IMG/VR virus record: IMGVR_UViG_3300048599_000194
Location: 1 to 64,000 of that record
Origin: a virus
Lineage: Duplodnaviria; Heunggongvirae; Uroviricota; Caudoviricetes
DNA: 64,000 bases
Strand: one strand, 5' to 3'
Position 1 is the first letter of the stretch, and every line of letters starts with the position of its first letter. Under the pieces are notes generated by a model. That model was not told the DNA's origin and did no database searches. It was given only the letters and a program-made list of their open reading frames with translations. Shown in pieces: positions 18,009 through 28,138 of this stretch. Made by a program: the position numbers and the translations under genes.

Positions 18009-18185
18009 ATGGATTACAAAGAAATAAAAAAGCTACAGCGATTGGTAAAGAAACATTATGCGGCTTATTCAATTGGACTGAACAGTAATGTTGAAAATAC
18101 ATATCCGGCGAGGTCAGAAAGATTCCAAGCCTTCGATATTGGCCGTCTTGAGCGGATTCGTCGGTTGGAAAGAAAGAAAGGATAA
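18009..18185 (+). CDS. 58-aa basic hypothetical protein
   Basis: MDYKEIKKLQRLVKKHYAAYSIG...RLERKKG, between TAAATA (17958) and phoH; below the track cutoff. Confidence 0.5.
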   Translation: MDYKEIKKLQRLVKKHYAAYSIGLNSNVENTYPARSERFQAFDIGRLERIRRLERKKG

Positions 18186-18187
18186 GT

Positions 18188-19228
18188 ATGAAGGAAAAGA
18201 GCACTTACGCCAAAAAGAAGCGTAAGAAGGTAGAAGAAGTGGGGCGAGAGCCTATTTCTTCTGAAGTTTGTTTGTACCTACCAGAAGAATATAGGTCTAA
18301 GGTATTAGACGAGTTTGTATTGTCTAGATTGAAGCAATTGGCTTCGTTTGACTATTACATCTTGAATAAGAACGTAATTAGATTTGTTTCTCAGGTTGGA
18401 AAGACTGACAAACTTAGATCTGTTGTTAATGTTTTAGAACAGATCTATAGAATTCTATCTGAATACGATGAAGATTCGATTAGTGAAAATGAATTGGAAG
18501 ATCTCATTGATGAGTATTTCAAAAATTCGAATGATTCTGAGTATAAGTGGAACAAAGATGCTATTTTCCAGGACGCGAGAGGGAGATATTTTACTCCAAG
18601 AACAGAAAATCAAAAGACATTAGTTGATTCTATTAGAAAAAACATCGTAACTATTGTCGAGGGTGCCGCAGGTACCGGAAAATCTAGAATAGCTCTGATA
18701 ATGGCGCTTAATATGCTGAAGGATAACAGAATCAACAAGATCATTGTTATTCGTCCTCTCGTTGCGGTTGGCGGCGATATTGGCTATCTTCCGGGCGGAG
18801 TTGATGAAAAGATTGACCCATACCAGAGTCCAATTTCTGAAGCACTAGTTGAATTGATGGGGAGAATTAAATACGACGATGCAATCGAAAATGAAAAAAT
18901 TGTATTATATCCTGCCGCATTTGCTAGGGGTTGCAATATTTCTGATTCATTTGTAATTGTTGATGAAGCTCAAAACTTTGATGAAGTAACTCTATTGACT
19001 CTATTGACTCGTATATGTGGAAATACTAAAATGGTATTAACAGGTGATGCGTCTCAGGACGATAGAAAAAATAAAAATCGAGAAATATCGGGTCTTACTT
19101 CAATTAAAAAGAAATTGAAGGGTAATAGCGGAGCCGGGATCGAAAACATTGCCATCGTGGAAATGGGTGTTGATGATGTCCAGCGAAGTAAGCTAGTAAA
19201 AGATATTCTAGTCGCCTTCGAAAACTAA
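18188..19228 (+). CDS. phoH: PhoH family ATPase
   Basis: PRTENQ, GAAGTGKS, RP, GYLPG, DEAQN, TR, GD..Q.D, VQRS motifs. Confidence 0.95.
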   Translation: MKEKSTYAKKKRKKVEEVGREPISSEVCLYLPEEYRSKVLDEFVLSRLKQLASFDYYILNKNVIRFVSQVGKTDKLRSVVNVLEQIYRILSEYDEDSISENELEDLIDEYFKNSNDSEYKWNKDAIFQDARGRYFTPRTENQKTLVDSIRKNIVTIVEGAAGTGKSRIALIMALNMLKDNRINKIIVIRPLVAVGGDIGYLPGGVDEKIDPYQSPISEALVELMGRIKYDDAIENEKIVLYPAAFARGCNISDSFVIVDEAQNFDEVTLLTLLTRICGNTKMVLTGDASQDDRKNKNREISGLTSIKKKLKGNSGAGIENIAIVEMGVDDVQRSKLVKDILVAFEN

Positions 19229-19231
19229 AAC

Positions 19232-19261
19232 AAGCCCCCTCAATCGAGGGGGTTTTATTTT
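19232..19261 (+). terminator. intrinsic terminator
   Basis: AAGCCCCCTC-AATC-GAGGGGGTTTTATTTT. Confidence 0.85.
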
Positions 19262-19277
19262 GAGACTAAATACCATT

Positions 19278-19712
19278 ATGGCTCATGAACTTCATCTAAA
19301 TTCAAAAGAAAATAATTGGAACGACATGGACAAACGTCTCATTAAGGCGTTTGTTGAATATCTATTTACTGTATTAGTTGTTAAACACCCGGTAAAAATA
19401 GAATTAAAGCAAGCATTTGAAGATGGAACCCTACCACTAGCAACTGATTTGAGACTTGCATACGTAATTCCGTCTGATAGATTCATAGTAATCTATTGTA
19501 AGAATAGGGGATTGTTGGATATATTAAGATCAATTGCACACGAAGTCATTCACATGGAGCAACAGGATAAGGGGTTATTAGATGGCGTTAATATTTCTTT
19601 TTATCTTCCGGATGAAAATGCGGAAGGATATAATTTAGAGTATGAGGCTTATGGTAAATCTGGCATAATCGTCAGAAACTTCAGAGCCATACTAAATGAC
19701 ATGTCAAAATAA
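19278..19712 (+). CDS. HExxH zincin-like metallopeptidase domain protein
   Basis: DILRSIAHEVIH...EYEA; ATG 19278 is 5 nt after TAAATA. Confidence 0.75.
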   Translation: MAHELHLNSKENNWNDMDKRLIKAFVEYLFTVLVVKHPVKIELKQAFEDGTLPLATDLRLAYVIPSDRFIVIYCKNRGLLDILRSIAHEVIHMEQQDKGLLDGVNISFYLPDENAEGYNLEYEAYGKSGIIVRNFRAILNDMSK

Positions 19713-19720
19713 GAGGGCGT

Positions 19721-20719
19721 ATGAAAGTATTTGAGGTTTGTTTAACTAATTACTGCAATTTCAAATGCGAATATTGTATATCTGATAAAACTAGAGGGAT
19801 GGATAAATTCTCCGAGCCTATAAAACTCGATGACGAGGGTAATTTGTTACTTCATGATAAAGAATTATCTCACGAAGAAATTAAAAAAAGAGAATTAATA
19901 TTACAAACTGACGGACAGGATGCATTAGACGAATATGTAAAAAATGAACACGATAAGTGGATGTCTACTAGACACTTAAAACATGATTATACTGATTGGT
20001 TAAATTTTGAATCTTTAATTTCATTCATCAGAAATAATCTATCTGAAGAATGGCTAATAAACTTAACTGGAGGGGAGCCTTTATACTACCCTAAGATACA
20101 AAATTTAATTTCAGAGTTAGTGAAGACCCATAAAATATTAATCACAACAAATGCATCACTCGTTAGAAATATACCAGAGTTATTAGAAATAGCTAGAGAT
20201 AGATTATATTTTAGAATTGGCTATCATCCAGAATACAGAAATCTAGACACTTTTAAGAAATGCATTTACTATTTAATAGAAAATAAATTCAATTACATTA
20301 TTAACTATGTTGTTCACCCTTCGTATTATGAGAATGAATCTACAAAATACGAAGACCATATTAAATTTCTAATAGATAACCAATTCCAGTATGAATTAAC
20401 CCCATTTGAAGGTAAGTATAATGATAAAGCGTATCCTTCGATGCGGCATAATAGAAGTTCTCAAGAAGAAATCCTATTTGGACCTACAGATAAGTATAAA
20501 CAAGTTCATTCTCCAATGGGAACTGCATTTTTAATGTGTGAACCAAACGGTAAAATATATGAATGTCAAGGTCGAGGGTCTGAATTGGGCGACGTATATT
20601 CTAATGAAGTCAACTTGATTAAAATTCAACACTCGCCATGCTTTTCGTTCAAGGGTTGTTATACAGCAAGGTCAGCAAATACTTACTTAGATGTGTTTTT
20701 TGGAACTAAGCTGGGGTGA
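19721..20719 (+). CDS. radical SAM protein with a C-terminal Cys (twitch/SPASM-like) region
   Basis: CNFKCEYC, LTGGEP, TTNA, PNGKIYEC. Confidence 0.9.
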   Translation: MKVFEVCLTNYCNFKCEYCISDKTRGMDKFSEPIKLDDEGNLLLHDKELSHEEIKKRELILQTDGQDALDEYVKNEHDKWMSTRHLKHDYTDWLNFESLISFIRNNLSEEWLINLTGGEPLYYPKIQNLISELVKTHKILITTNASLVRNIPELLEIARDRLYFRIGYHPEYRNLDTFKKCIYYLIENKFNYIINYVVHPSYYENESTKYEDHIKFLIDNQFQYELTPFEGKYNDKAYPSMRHNRSSQEEILFGPTDKYKQVHSPMGTAFLMCEPNGKIYECQGRGSELGDVYSNEVNLIKIQHSPCFSFKGCYTARSANTYLDVFFGTKLG

Positions 20720-20776
20720 TTTTTGTTCGTTTTTGCAAATAAATACAAATAAACCATTAGGCAATGAGGGAATAAG

Positions 20777-21238
20777 ATGAGCGAAACCTATAAAAAGACA
20801 CTTTCAACCGAAGATTATCTTGCAATCTATCGCTTAGGTGAATTCTTTGAAGGAAGTGAAGTTGCTAGATTCGTAGCATCAAAGATTAATGAAAGAATTT
20901 CTGAAGGCATTAGAGAATTGAGTAAACAAGAACCAGCCTTTGATGATAAAGGTGTCGCAATATTAGACGATAAAGGAGTTCAGAAAATTAAGGTTACTCC
21001 CCCAGAAACTCTAGATATTGTATTTACTAGAGCGGAACTAGACGGCTTTTTTATTGGAATTAAGGAGTCTCTTGCAAAATCTGAAGTTAAGTCTGGTGAT
21101 ATTTCCATGATTAGAGATATATGTGTAACTCTAGGAATGAGTGGAAGGTTCGATAATTACGCTAAATCTATCTTATCTAAGATTGTAAGAAGCACAGAAC
21201 CATTAGATGAAGAAATAATTACAGATCCGCTTGATTAA
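20777..21238 (+). CDS. late hypothetical protein
   Basis: TAAATA at 20740, GAGGG SD. Confidence 0.7.
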   Translation: MSETYKKTLSTEDYLAIYRLGEFFEGSEVARFVASKINERISEGIRELSKQEPAFDDKGVAILDDKGVQKIKVTPPETLDIVFTRAELDGFFIGIKESLAKSEVKSGDISMIRDICVTLGMSGRFDNYAKSILSKIVRSTEPLDEEIITDPLD

Positions 21239-21241
21239 TTT

Positions 21242-21271
21242 AAGGCTCTCGAAAGAGAGCCTTTCTTTTTT
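21242..21271 (+). terminator. intrinsic terminator
   Basis: AAGGCTCTC-GAAA-GAGAGCCTTTCTTTTTT. Confidence 0.9.
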
Positions 21272-21296
21272 AAGTAATATCAAATAAATAATTCAC

Positions 21297-22706
21297 ATGT
21301 TGAACCTTAAAGATGTCACGGGAGTTGAATCCTCTCCAATATCAAAAAGCATACTGGAAAATTCAGTAGGACGCAATAATCTGAAGGATTCTAGGGCATA
21401 CTCCAATTACGAATTCCTACTAAGTAGTGTAAAGAGTGGAGCCTTCAAAGCACCTAGTATAATCTTCGCTTCTGGAGATGGAACCTTCTTCCCGAAGAAT
21501 ACTGCTTTTCAAGTTGATTTTTATTCGGCTAATGTTTTATCCAGGGATGGGTATAATAATAGCTGGATAACTCGATACGGCACCGATGAAAGTTTTGGTC
21601 TTAGTTATTATGATGGTTCAACATTATTCAAGTCATTCAATATAGATCCAGCAAGCGGTAAAGCTAAAATACGATCAGTTGAATTACGAAACGGAAACTT
21701 ACCGAAAGAATCTGGGCTTGTTCAATTACTACTCGGATATAATGAGAGTGCTTCTACCAATGAAACCGGAAACTATAGGCATAATTTTAGAACCAGACAT
21801 TCCCCTACTGATAATAGTGAGAATGCAATTGATGTGTTTCTATGGGATAAAAATAATGATTCAATTGGAGCAGTTGGATCTAGAAGAGTATTGAGTTTAT
21901 ATGGAACTGGTAGTCTTGAAATAGTATGTGGTACAGAAATATTTGGACCTGTTTTAATTTCAATTGAAACACCTTCCGATAAAACCGCAGAGCAAAACTT
22001 ACTAGCCCAAGATGGAAAGGGTGTAATATATTACAATGAATCTAAAAATAGATTTAGATATTCCGAGAATGGCGGACCATTCAAGTATTTCGGTAGCGGC
22101 GCTGGTTCATCGGTCGTAAGCACTACATTAGGTGCTTGCGCTCCGTTTAATGGATTGGGTGGAAGTATTAGTGCCCCTAATGCTATTGGGGCATATTTCT
22201 TCTCCGAGGAAGAACTTCAAATATCAGGCGTTAGTACAGTAATGGCTAATATTGGATCTAATGATTCTGACATTCAATTTGCAATATATCAAACTACATA
22301 TATATCAATAAATTCTGGGACTGGATTCCCGATGATCGGAAGTAGCGGCAATGTAACAATGACTAAAGTGGCCCAGGGCACAATACCACCTTCCAGATCA
22401 ACTAATACTTACTGCGTTGGATTGTTAGATTCGGCAGTAGCTGTTAAGGGTTGGTTCTGCATAGTATTTTCTAATACTCCACTAAAATCTATGCAAGATA
22501 TTCAAGCATCTATGAACATGTCAGAAATGACATCAATGGCCGATCCCACATATCACGTCCCGCTTCAATTCATTAGAAATGATATTGTTAATCCAAACAC
22601 CGGAGAAGAAACAATGTGGAAGGATACAATCAACACTCTATACGAGAGCAATTCAGCAATTCTTAATAAAAACATTGTTCCTTTCATTAGACTGGAGATC
22701 GCATAA
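21297..22706 (+). CDS. putative tail fibre/baseplate-associated structural protein
   Basis: Late promoter; G/S/N-rich; GVIYYNE...FRYSENG fibre-like motif; C-terminal beta-sandwich-like domain paralogous to the 25562 product. Confidence 0.6.
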   Translation: MLNLKDVTGVESSPISKSILENSVGRNNLKDSRAYSNYEFLLSSVKSGAFKAPSIIFASGDGTFFPKNTAFQVDFYSANVLSRDGYNNSWITRYGTDESFGLSYYDGSTLFKSFNIDPASGKAKIRSVELRNGNLPKESGLVQLLLGYNESASTNETGNYRHNFRTRHSPTDNSENAIDVFLWDKNNDSIGAVGSRRVLSLYGTGSLEIVCGTEIFGPVLISIETPSDKTAEQNLLAQDGKGVIYYNESKNRFRYSENGGPFKYFGSGAGSSVVSTTLGACAPFNGLGGSISAPNAIGAYFFSEEELQISGVSTVMANIGSNDSDIQFAIYQTTYISINSGTGFPMIGSSGNVTMTKVAQGTIPPSRSTNTYCVGLLDSAVAVKGWFCIVFSNTPLKSMQDIQASMNMSEMTSMADPTYHVPLQFIRNDIVNPNTGEETMWKDTINTLYESNSAILNKNIVPFIRLEIA

Positions 22707-23563
22707 TGTTGCAACCCAATAGTTCATTTCTATTAAAAACAGGCGCCACTGAAGGCACTCAAACCTTCCAACGCTTTCCGCTCTCTGCTGATGTAATCGG
22801 AACAGATGCAAATGGAAATGTAGTAGATGCATCGTCTAAATTACAGCAAGAACACACCTATGAAACCATTCCAGATCTAGTTCACGAGTCGTCATATGTT
22901 TCCGGTTCATATGTAACAACGGACAATATTATTGGACTCCATGCGGGATTTGAGATTAGTGATTCATGGCTAGATGGCGAACTAAAACAGTTCCAATTTA
23001 GGGGTATCTGTAGGCCAATAAAAATCAATGGCAGTAATCAGTTTGATTCAACTACGTTCAATAAAGTTACTGGAAAAATAATAATCAGTGTAGAAAATAA
23101 TAATTCATTATTCTATATTGGATCTAATAGTTACATAGACAATCATGTGGTTAGTGACGAAAGTTACATTTCTAAAGAAATTAGATCATATACTTTATTA
23201 TTCGAAATCAAAAGATCTGGATCTGATTTGGTCGTGACTTCGATTAAATACACGATTCCATATTTCAAAGAAGACTCAGATAATGGAATATATGCGCAAG
23301 GTGAATTTACTTTTCGATCAATGTGTGGTTCGGATCCAGGTTCAACCGGAGATAATAAAAATTTAGGAATGTTCTTGCTAAATGGGGGAACTGCTTTCAC
23401 TGATAATGACATTTCTAAGATAACTATTACAATTGGGACCGATTGGATGCCATTATCGGAAATAGGGTCATGTGATAATTGGATCTCGTTATTCAATCCA
23501 GATACAGAAGGCCATAAAATGTATTTAACAATAAAACCATTTAAGATTTCAACGGTTGTTTAA
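22706..23563 (+). CDS. putative fibre/receptor-binding protein
   Basis: N-terminal FP..A..IGTDANGN motif shared with neighbours; body paralogous to the C-terminal domain of the 23583 product. Confidence 0.6.
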   Translation: MLQPNSSFLLKTGATEGTQTFQRFPLSADVIGTDANGNVVDASSKLQQEHTYETIPDLVHESSYVSGSYVTTDNIIGLHAGFEISDSWLDGELKQFQFRGICRPIKINGSNQFDSTTFNKVTGKIIISVENNNSLFYIGSNSYIDNHVVSDESYISKEIRSYTLLFEIKRSGSDLVVTSIKYTIPYFKEDSDNGIYAQGEFTFRSMCGSDPGSTGDNKNLGMFLLNGGTAFTDNDISKITITIGTDWMPLSEIGSCDNWISLFNPDTEGHKMYLTIKPFKISTVV

Positions 23564-23582
23564 GGAATAAATAGGTTATACC

Positions 23583-25562
23583 ATGATTTCAAAATATTAC
23601 AAAATGGACCCTTCTGACCCTGCATCTGTTAGATTGGTGCAGTTTCCCTCTAATGCAGGGGCGCTTGGAACAGATGCAGATGGTAATATAGTTGAAGCGT
23701 CTATAGGTGCGGTTAAGGTTAACGCTTCGGATCCAACGGCTGGATATCTTGAAGACAAATTAGCAGACACAGTAGATATAGAATTTAATCCAACTGCGGA
23801 TAATTCACAACTAGAATCAATAATCTATCAAATTACAGGTAAAGGCGCTGGTCTAGTTAATGTGGACGCCTCTTTTCAATTTAATGTTTCTTCATATGGT
23901 GGTGGTGGTAGAGGCGTTAGCTCTGGTCGGCAATATGTTTCAGGGGTTGAATTAAAATGTTGGGCTACATTAGGAGAAGCAGGAGACATCTATTGGACTA
24001 GAGATGATTGGAAAACAGTAACCTCAGATTCTAATTTTGTGTCTTCTGGTAAACTACAAAGACCAAATTGCATACACTTCATATATCTACCTTTTGCAAG
24101 TAGTTTTGCCTGGGTTATTGGACAGGGAAATTCCGCATTCATATATGCACTTCATACTTCATCGAACTATAATGCCGACGGAACAATTAGAAGTACTGCT
24201 TGGACAACCCTTTCATTCAGCGTATCAAATGTAGGCAATGCAGGAGACTTTTCATCTGGACCTGATAATGTAGTCTGCTTCGTTGGAAATTCCAGTGGTA
24301 TAGGAAGAACTACTGATTTCTCAACATTCTCAAGTGTTGGACTATGCGATTACACCACCGGAGGAATTGACACTGATCGATATGGAAACTGGTTGGTTAT
24401 TGAGCGAGATACTGGTGTATTATGGCAATCAACTGATAATGGTATTACTTGGACTAAAGTAACTTCTATATTCGTTAATGATTCCGCTTCAAGTGCTCTG
24501 CCTGTGAATAATGGGGAGCAATGGGGCTCAATTCAATCCTCGTATGGACTGTGGATCGCCGCAGTGTGGAATGTATCCACAACCCGCCTATCATATGCAT
24601 ATTCTGAAGATAGACTCCATTGGTATACGTTCAAGGACGAAAGTAACCCTGCGGCCTTCTATAGTGCAGGTACTGATGGTGTTAAATGGTATGCCACAAA
24701 TCCGAATGCCAATACCAGTCCCGCAATTTATCAACTATTGGTTAATAATATACCAGTGCATCGTAGATTAATATGCGAAAAAGGTATGGCTGTTAGTGGA
24801 GATGCTTTCTTATTAGATGTTCCAAATGCAACATCCCTCGGGACTGACGTAAATGGTAAAATTGTAGCTAAGTTTGATAATACTTCAACTTCCAAGAAAT
24901 ACTATTCATCTAATCCTGACGTGGTTAGGGGTGATTCTAGTAATATAATGGCAGTTAGTGCAAGTTTCAACGATATTGATACTTCTGGTTGGTTGACTAA
25001 TGAAATAGTTGAATTAGATTTCCATTTAATGATGGTTCCTCTTGAATTAAATGGTTCATTAACTAGTGGTGGAAGTGCAGTTGTTAATTTGTCAGGTCCA
25101 CCTCGTCAAGTATTCTTCTTATTCGAAAATACTACTCTAGATACCGCTGGAATATTTCAGATACAAGGCTTAATGAATGATCGCCCATCTTCTAGTTCAA
25201 CAGTAGAAACTACATATCCTAGACCATATCGAGTAACTCTAGAAATAGAAAAAGTTGGAACTTATCTATATGTCAGAGGTGGAACTGTAAGCATTCCTTA
25301 TTACGTTAGCGGCACAACTATGGTTGAAGGTATACTTTCATATGGATTTACATATTCAAATCTAACTAATGTGATATTCCATCCAAGTGCAGTTTCCGGG
25401 TCTAGACTTGAAGGAGAGTTCGATCATATGACAATTGGATTAAATTTAGATTGGCTAGGTGAATTAGCTTCCGCCGGATGTACTAATTTTAGTAGCGCAT
25501 TTGTTGCAGATAGCTCATTGACCGCAATACTAGAAGTAAATAGAATTAAGAAGGGCGCATAA
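23583..25562 (+). CDS. putative receptor-binding protein with a BNR/Asp-box beta-propeller
   Basis: TRDDWKT, STDNGITW, SEDRLHW Asp-box-like motifs; two copies of the GTDxxG motif. Confidence 0.65.
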   Translation: MISKYYKMDPSDPASVRLVQFPSNAGALGTDADGNIVEASIGAVKVNASDPTAGYLEDKLADTVDIEFNPTADNSQLESIIYQITGKGAGLVNVDASFQFNVSSYGGGGRGVSSGRQYVSGVELKCWATLGEAGDIYWTRDDWKTVTSDSNFVSSGKLQRPNCIHFIYLPFASSFAWVIGQGNSAFIYALHTSSNYNADGTIRSTAWTTLSFSVSNVGNAGDFSSGPDNVVCFVGNSSGIGRTTDFSTFSSVGLCDYTTGGIDTDRYGNWLVIERDTGVLWQSTDNGITWTKVTSIFVNDSASSALPVNNGEQWGSIQSSYGLWIAAVWNVSTTRLSYAYSEDRLHWYTFKDESNPAAFYSAGTDGVKWYATNPNANTSPAIYQLLVNNIPVHRRLICEKGMAVSGDAFLLDVPNATSLGTDVNGKIVAKFDNTSTSKKYYSSNPDVVRGDSSNIMAVSASFNDIDTSGWLTNEIVELDFHLMMVPLELNGSLTSGGSAVVNLSGPPRQVFFLFENTTLDTAGIFQIQGLMNDRPSSSSTVETTYPRPYRVTLEIEKVGTYLYVRGGTVSIPYYVSGTTMVEGILSYGFTYSNLTNVIFHPSAVSGSRLEGEFDHMTIGLNLDWLGELASAGCTNFSSAFVADSSLTAILEVNRIKKGA

Positions 25563-26185
25563 TGACAGCTAAGTCGAAATATTACAAAATGACTGAGGGT
25601 GATGACCTCACTCTTAGACTGGAAGAATTTCCTTCAGATGCAATCTCAGTGGGTACAGATGCAAATGGAAATCCATATGATGCATCTGGAATGATTGCAA
25701 CATACCCAATCGCCCAAGAATTATTTCCAATTTCCGCAGGTGATAGTACGGGTAGCATATCAGCGCCATATACATATGGATTTGCCTTTGCCCCAAAGGG
25801 ATCTTTCACCGTAACAAAAATGAGAATCATGTGTATCACCGCAGGTGGTACAGCATGGCCAATTAAACTTGGAATCTTCAAGGCTACCTTAAGTGAAGGT
25901 GTATACACGTACACTTGCGTCGGTACAGCAACTCTAACCAATCCACAGATGGGTTTGAATACCGTCTCATTAGATAGCCCGGTGGAGGTTGATGGAGGAA
26001 ATATGTATTATATGGCAGTATATAATCCTGGAGTAAATACATTCATGTTAATATGAAATAGAATATCTGCAACCTTAACTCCATTGGTTGTAGTGTCTGA
26101 CCCTAATGACAAAATACACATTGGAGATACAATTACTGTTAATGCGTCAACAGGATCAAGAATCTGGATTGAAATTAGTCAATAA
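25562..26185 (+). CDS. putative fibre protein with an in-frame TGA at 26054-26056 (nonsense allele or readthrough)
   Basis: The frame stays open for 42 more codons to TAA 26183-26185, ending RIWIEISQ like the paralog's PFIRLEIA. Confidence 0.6.
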
Positions 26186-26198
26186 GGAAGAATAAGAA

Positions 26199-26771
26199 AT
26201 GAACGTAAATCATCTAATAGCATACAGCCTAAAAAATACAACAGCAAGTGAATTATGTGGAGTTCCAGCTAAATCAAGTGTAATATTTTTATTAAATCCA
26301 AAATTTTATTATACCAATGGATTAGATTCCATACTCGATGCAGTAAATAGTCAAAAATTAGAAGTTTATGACATTAGTGGAAATTTAATTCCATACTATA
26401 TTGCATACACAACAATTCAATCAATTGGCGCAGAAGTATTAAAATTTACTCAAAAAATGAAAGATTCAAGCTCGATTAGTGCCACTCATCATTTAATGGT
26501 TAGGTTAGAATGGAATTTAACTAATGCTAATGCAATAATTGCTTTGGTTGGTGGGGACATACATGGTACTGATTTCTCTAAGTTAGACGTTACTAAATCG
26601 GATACTATTTCAAAAACTCTCCCAATTCTACCTAAAATGTCAATCGGTTATTATTCGGATGCATTAATAACACTTAATGCAATGTCAACTGACTCGTTTT
26701 TTACTTCAGATAGAATTGCAGTGTATAATTCAATAATTTCTGGAATTGACGCTTTTAACTTCGAATTGTAA
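26199..26771 (+). CDS. hypothetical protein, possibly a fibre assembly chaperone
   Basis: 190-aa ORF directly after the fibre genes. Confidence 0.6.
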   Translation: MNVNHLIAYSLKNTTASELCGVPAKSSVIFLLNPKFYYTNGLDSILDAVNSQKLEVYDISGNLIPYYIAYTTIQSIGAEVLKFTQKMKDSSSISATHHLMVRLEWNLTNANAIIALVGGDIHGTDFSKLDVTKSDTISKTLPILPKMSIGYYSDALITLNAMSTDSFFTSDRIAVYNSIISGIDAFNFEL

Positions 26772-26773
26772 AA

Positions 26774-27547
26774 ATGATTACGAAGGTAATAACACTTAAA
26801 CAACTCCCAGTTGAATTATTTGATTTATATTCAAAAAATAAAATAGTTGAATTCGTTACTAGATATGGTAGACTAGTTATTACTTCAATGAGAACTAAAT
26901 CTAATGTAGCAGATATAAACGGCGATTTATATTTTTTCGGTAATACATATAACCAAATAAATCCATATAAATCAGTAACTAATTACAAAGAGTTAGTAGA
27001 TTTCTGTAACTCACTCTCAAACTCTATGGATAGTTTGCTAAAGGGTCGAACGACTGACGTTACCTATCTCAGCGCAACAGACATCATGCATAATGGAAAA
27101 GTTGCAGAAAAGCTACTAACTACAACTGAGAAAGTATATCCAGATTATACGGTTGAACTATATGATCGAGATGTAATGGAGATTTCTGTAGATGAAGATA
27201 GAAGCATTATATCAACAGACGAAAATGTACTAGTCAATAAAGTAGGATCATTTGATCTAAAGAAATTATTCAAAGCTGAGTATTTGAACTCATTATACAT
27301 CGTAAAAATTGCACACGGTAGAGATCTAGATATTAACGGGATAATGAATTTACTACCTCAACTAGAGCATAAAAAAACAATTGATGTTGTAACAGTATTA
27401 GATTCAAAGGCAAATATCACAATATGTCTTCACATTCCTGAAGGCTTAATACCTGAAGTATTTGGATATAAATTAAAAAAGCGAACCACAAAAGTTCGCT
27501 TAGACGATGTTACTGGAATGTATCTCTCACAATCTATCAAGGGCTGA
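26774..27547 (+). CDS. hypothetical protein
   Basis: 257-aa ORF in the same operon. Confidence 0.65.
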   Translation: MITKVITLKQLPVELFDLYSKNKIVEFVTRYGRLVITSMRTKSNVADINGDLYFFGNTYNQINPYKSVTNYKELVDFCNSLSNSMDSLLKGRTTDVTYLSATDIMHNGKVAEKLLTTTEKVYPDYTVELYDRDVMEISVDEDRSIISTDENVLVNKVGSFDLKKLFKAEYLNSLYIVKIAHGRDLDINGIMNLLPQLEHKKTIDVVTVLDSKANITICLHIPEGLIPEVFGYKLKKRTTKVRLDDVTGMYLSQSIKG

Positions 27548-28138
27548 TACATTTTCGAAAATAATACCAAGAATCTTTGGGTTATCTAAGTAAGATTCCA
27601 TTAATTTATTGTATTCTCTCTTTAGTTCTTTTCTAGTATTTCCCCTATATTCATCATTATATCTAATCAACTCTCCGTTCAATTTTAGATATTCGTCAAT
27701 TAATTTAATAATCAGCGGATTAGGGTCTATTCTAGGTCTTACTTGCTTAGCTCGATTGAAAGCACCTTCGATAGTATCTCCTGCCATAATCATACTCCCA
27801 ATGGCCATTGCAGGAGATCTGGATAATCCCAACTGGCAATGCACTAGAAGATTCTGTCCAGCCTTGATTGCATTAGATCCAAATGTAATGCCCTTCACAA
27901 CTTCATTTGTAGTGGGGGCATCCTCCTCATTTGGATTTGGTGTATCCTCCATCACCAATTTTAGCCAATTCTCCGGCTTACTCCAATAAGCTGGATCCAA
28001 ATCCAGTACAGATTGAGTAAATCCATATGCCATATCTACAATTTTATAGTTTGATAGACATGATAATAACTTTTGAATCTTAAATTGCTCGATGAAACTT
28101 GGTACCTCTGGAACGCCACATATTCTAACTTCAGCCAT
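27527..28138 (-). CDS. protein-tyrosine/dual-specificity phosphatase-like protein
   Basis: LLVHCQLGLSRS (HCx5R) and RP...PN. Confidence 0.88.
   Translation of the reverse strand: MAEVRICGVPEVPSFIEQFKIQKLLSCLSNYKIVDMAYGFTQSVLDLDPAYWSKPENWLKLVMEDTPNPNEEDAPTTNEVVKGITFGSNAIKAGQNLLVHCQLGLSRSPAMAIGSMIMAGDTIEGAFNRAKQVRPRIDPNPLIIKLIDEYLKLNGELIRYNDEYRGNTRKELKREYNKLMESYLDNPKILGIIFENVSALDRL

Noticed and set aside
21297-27547. Diversity-generating retroelement acting on the fibre genes
   Set aside because: No reverse transcriptase and no TR/VR pair seen in this window; cannot be excluded elsewhere in the genome
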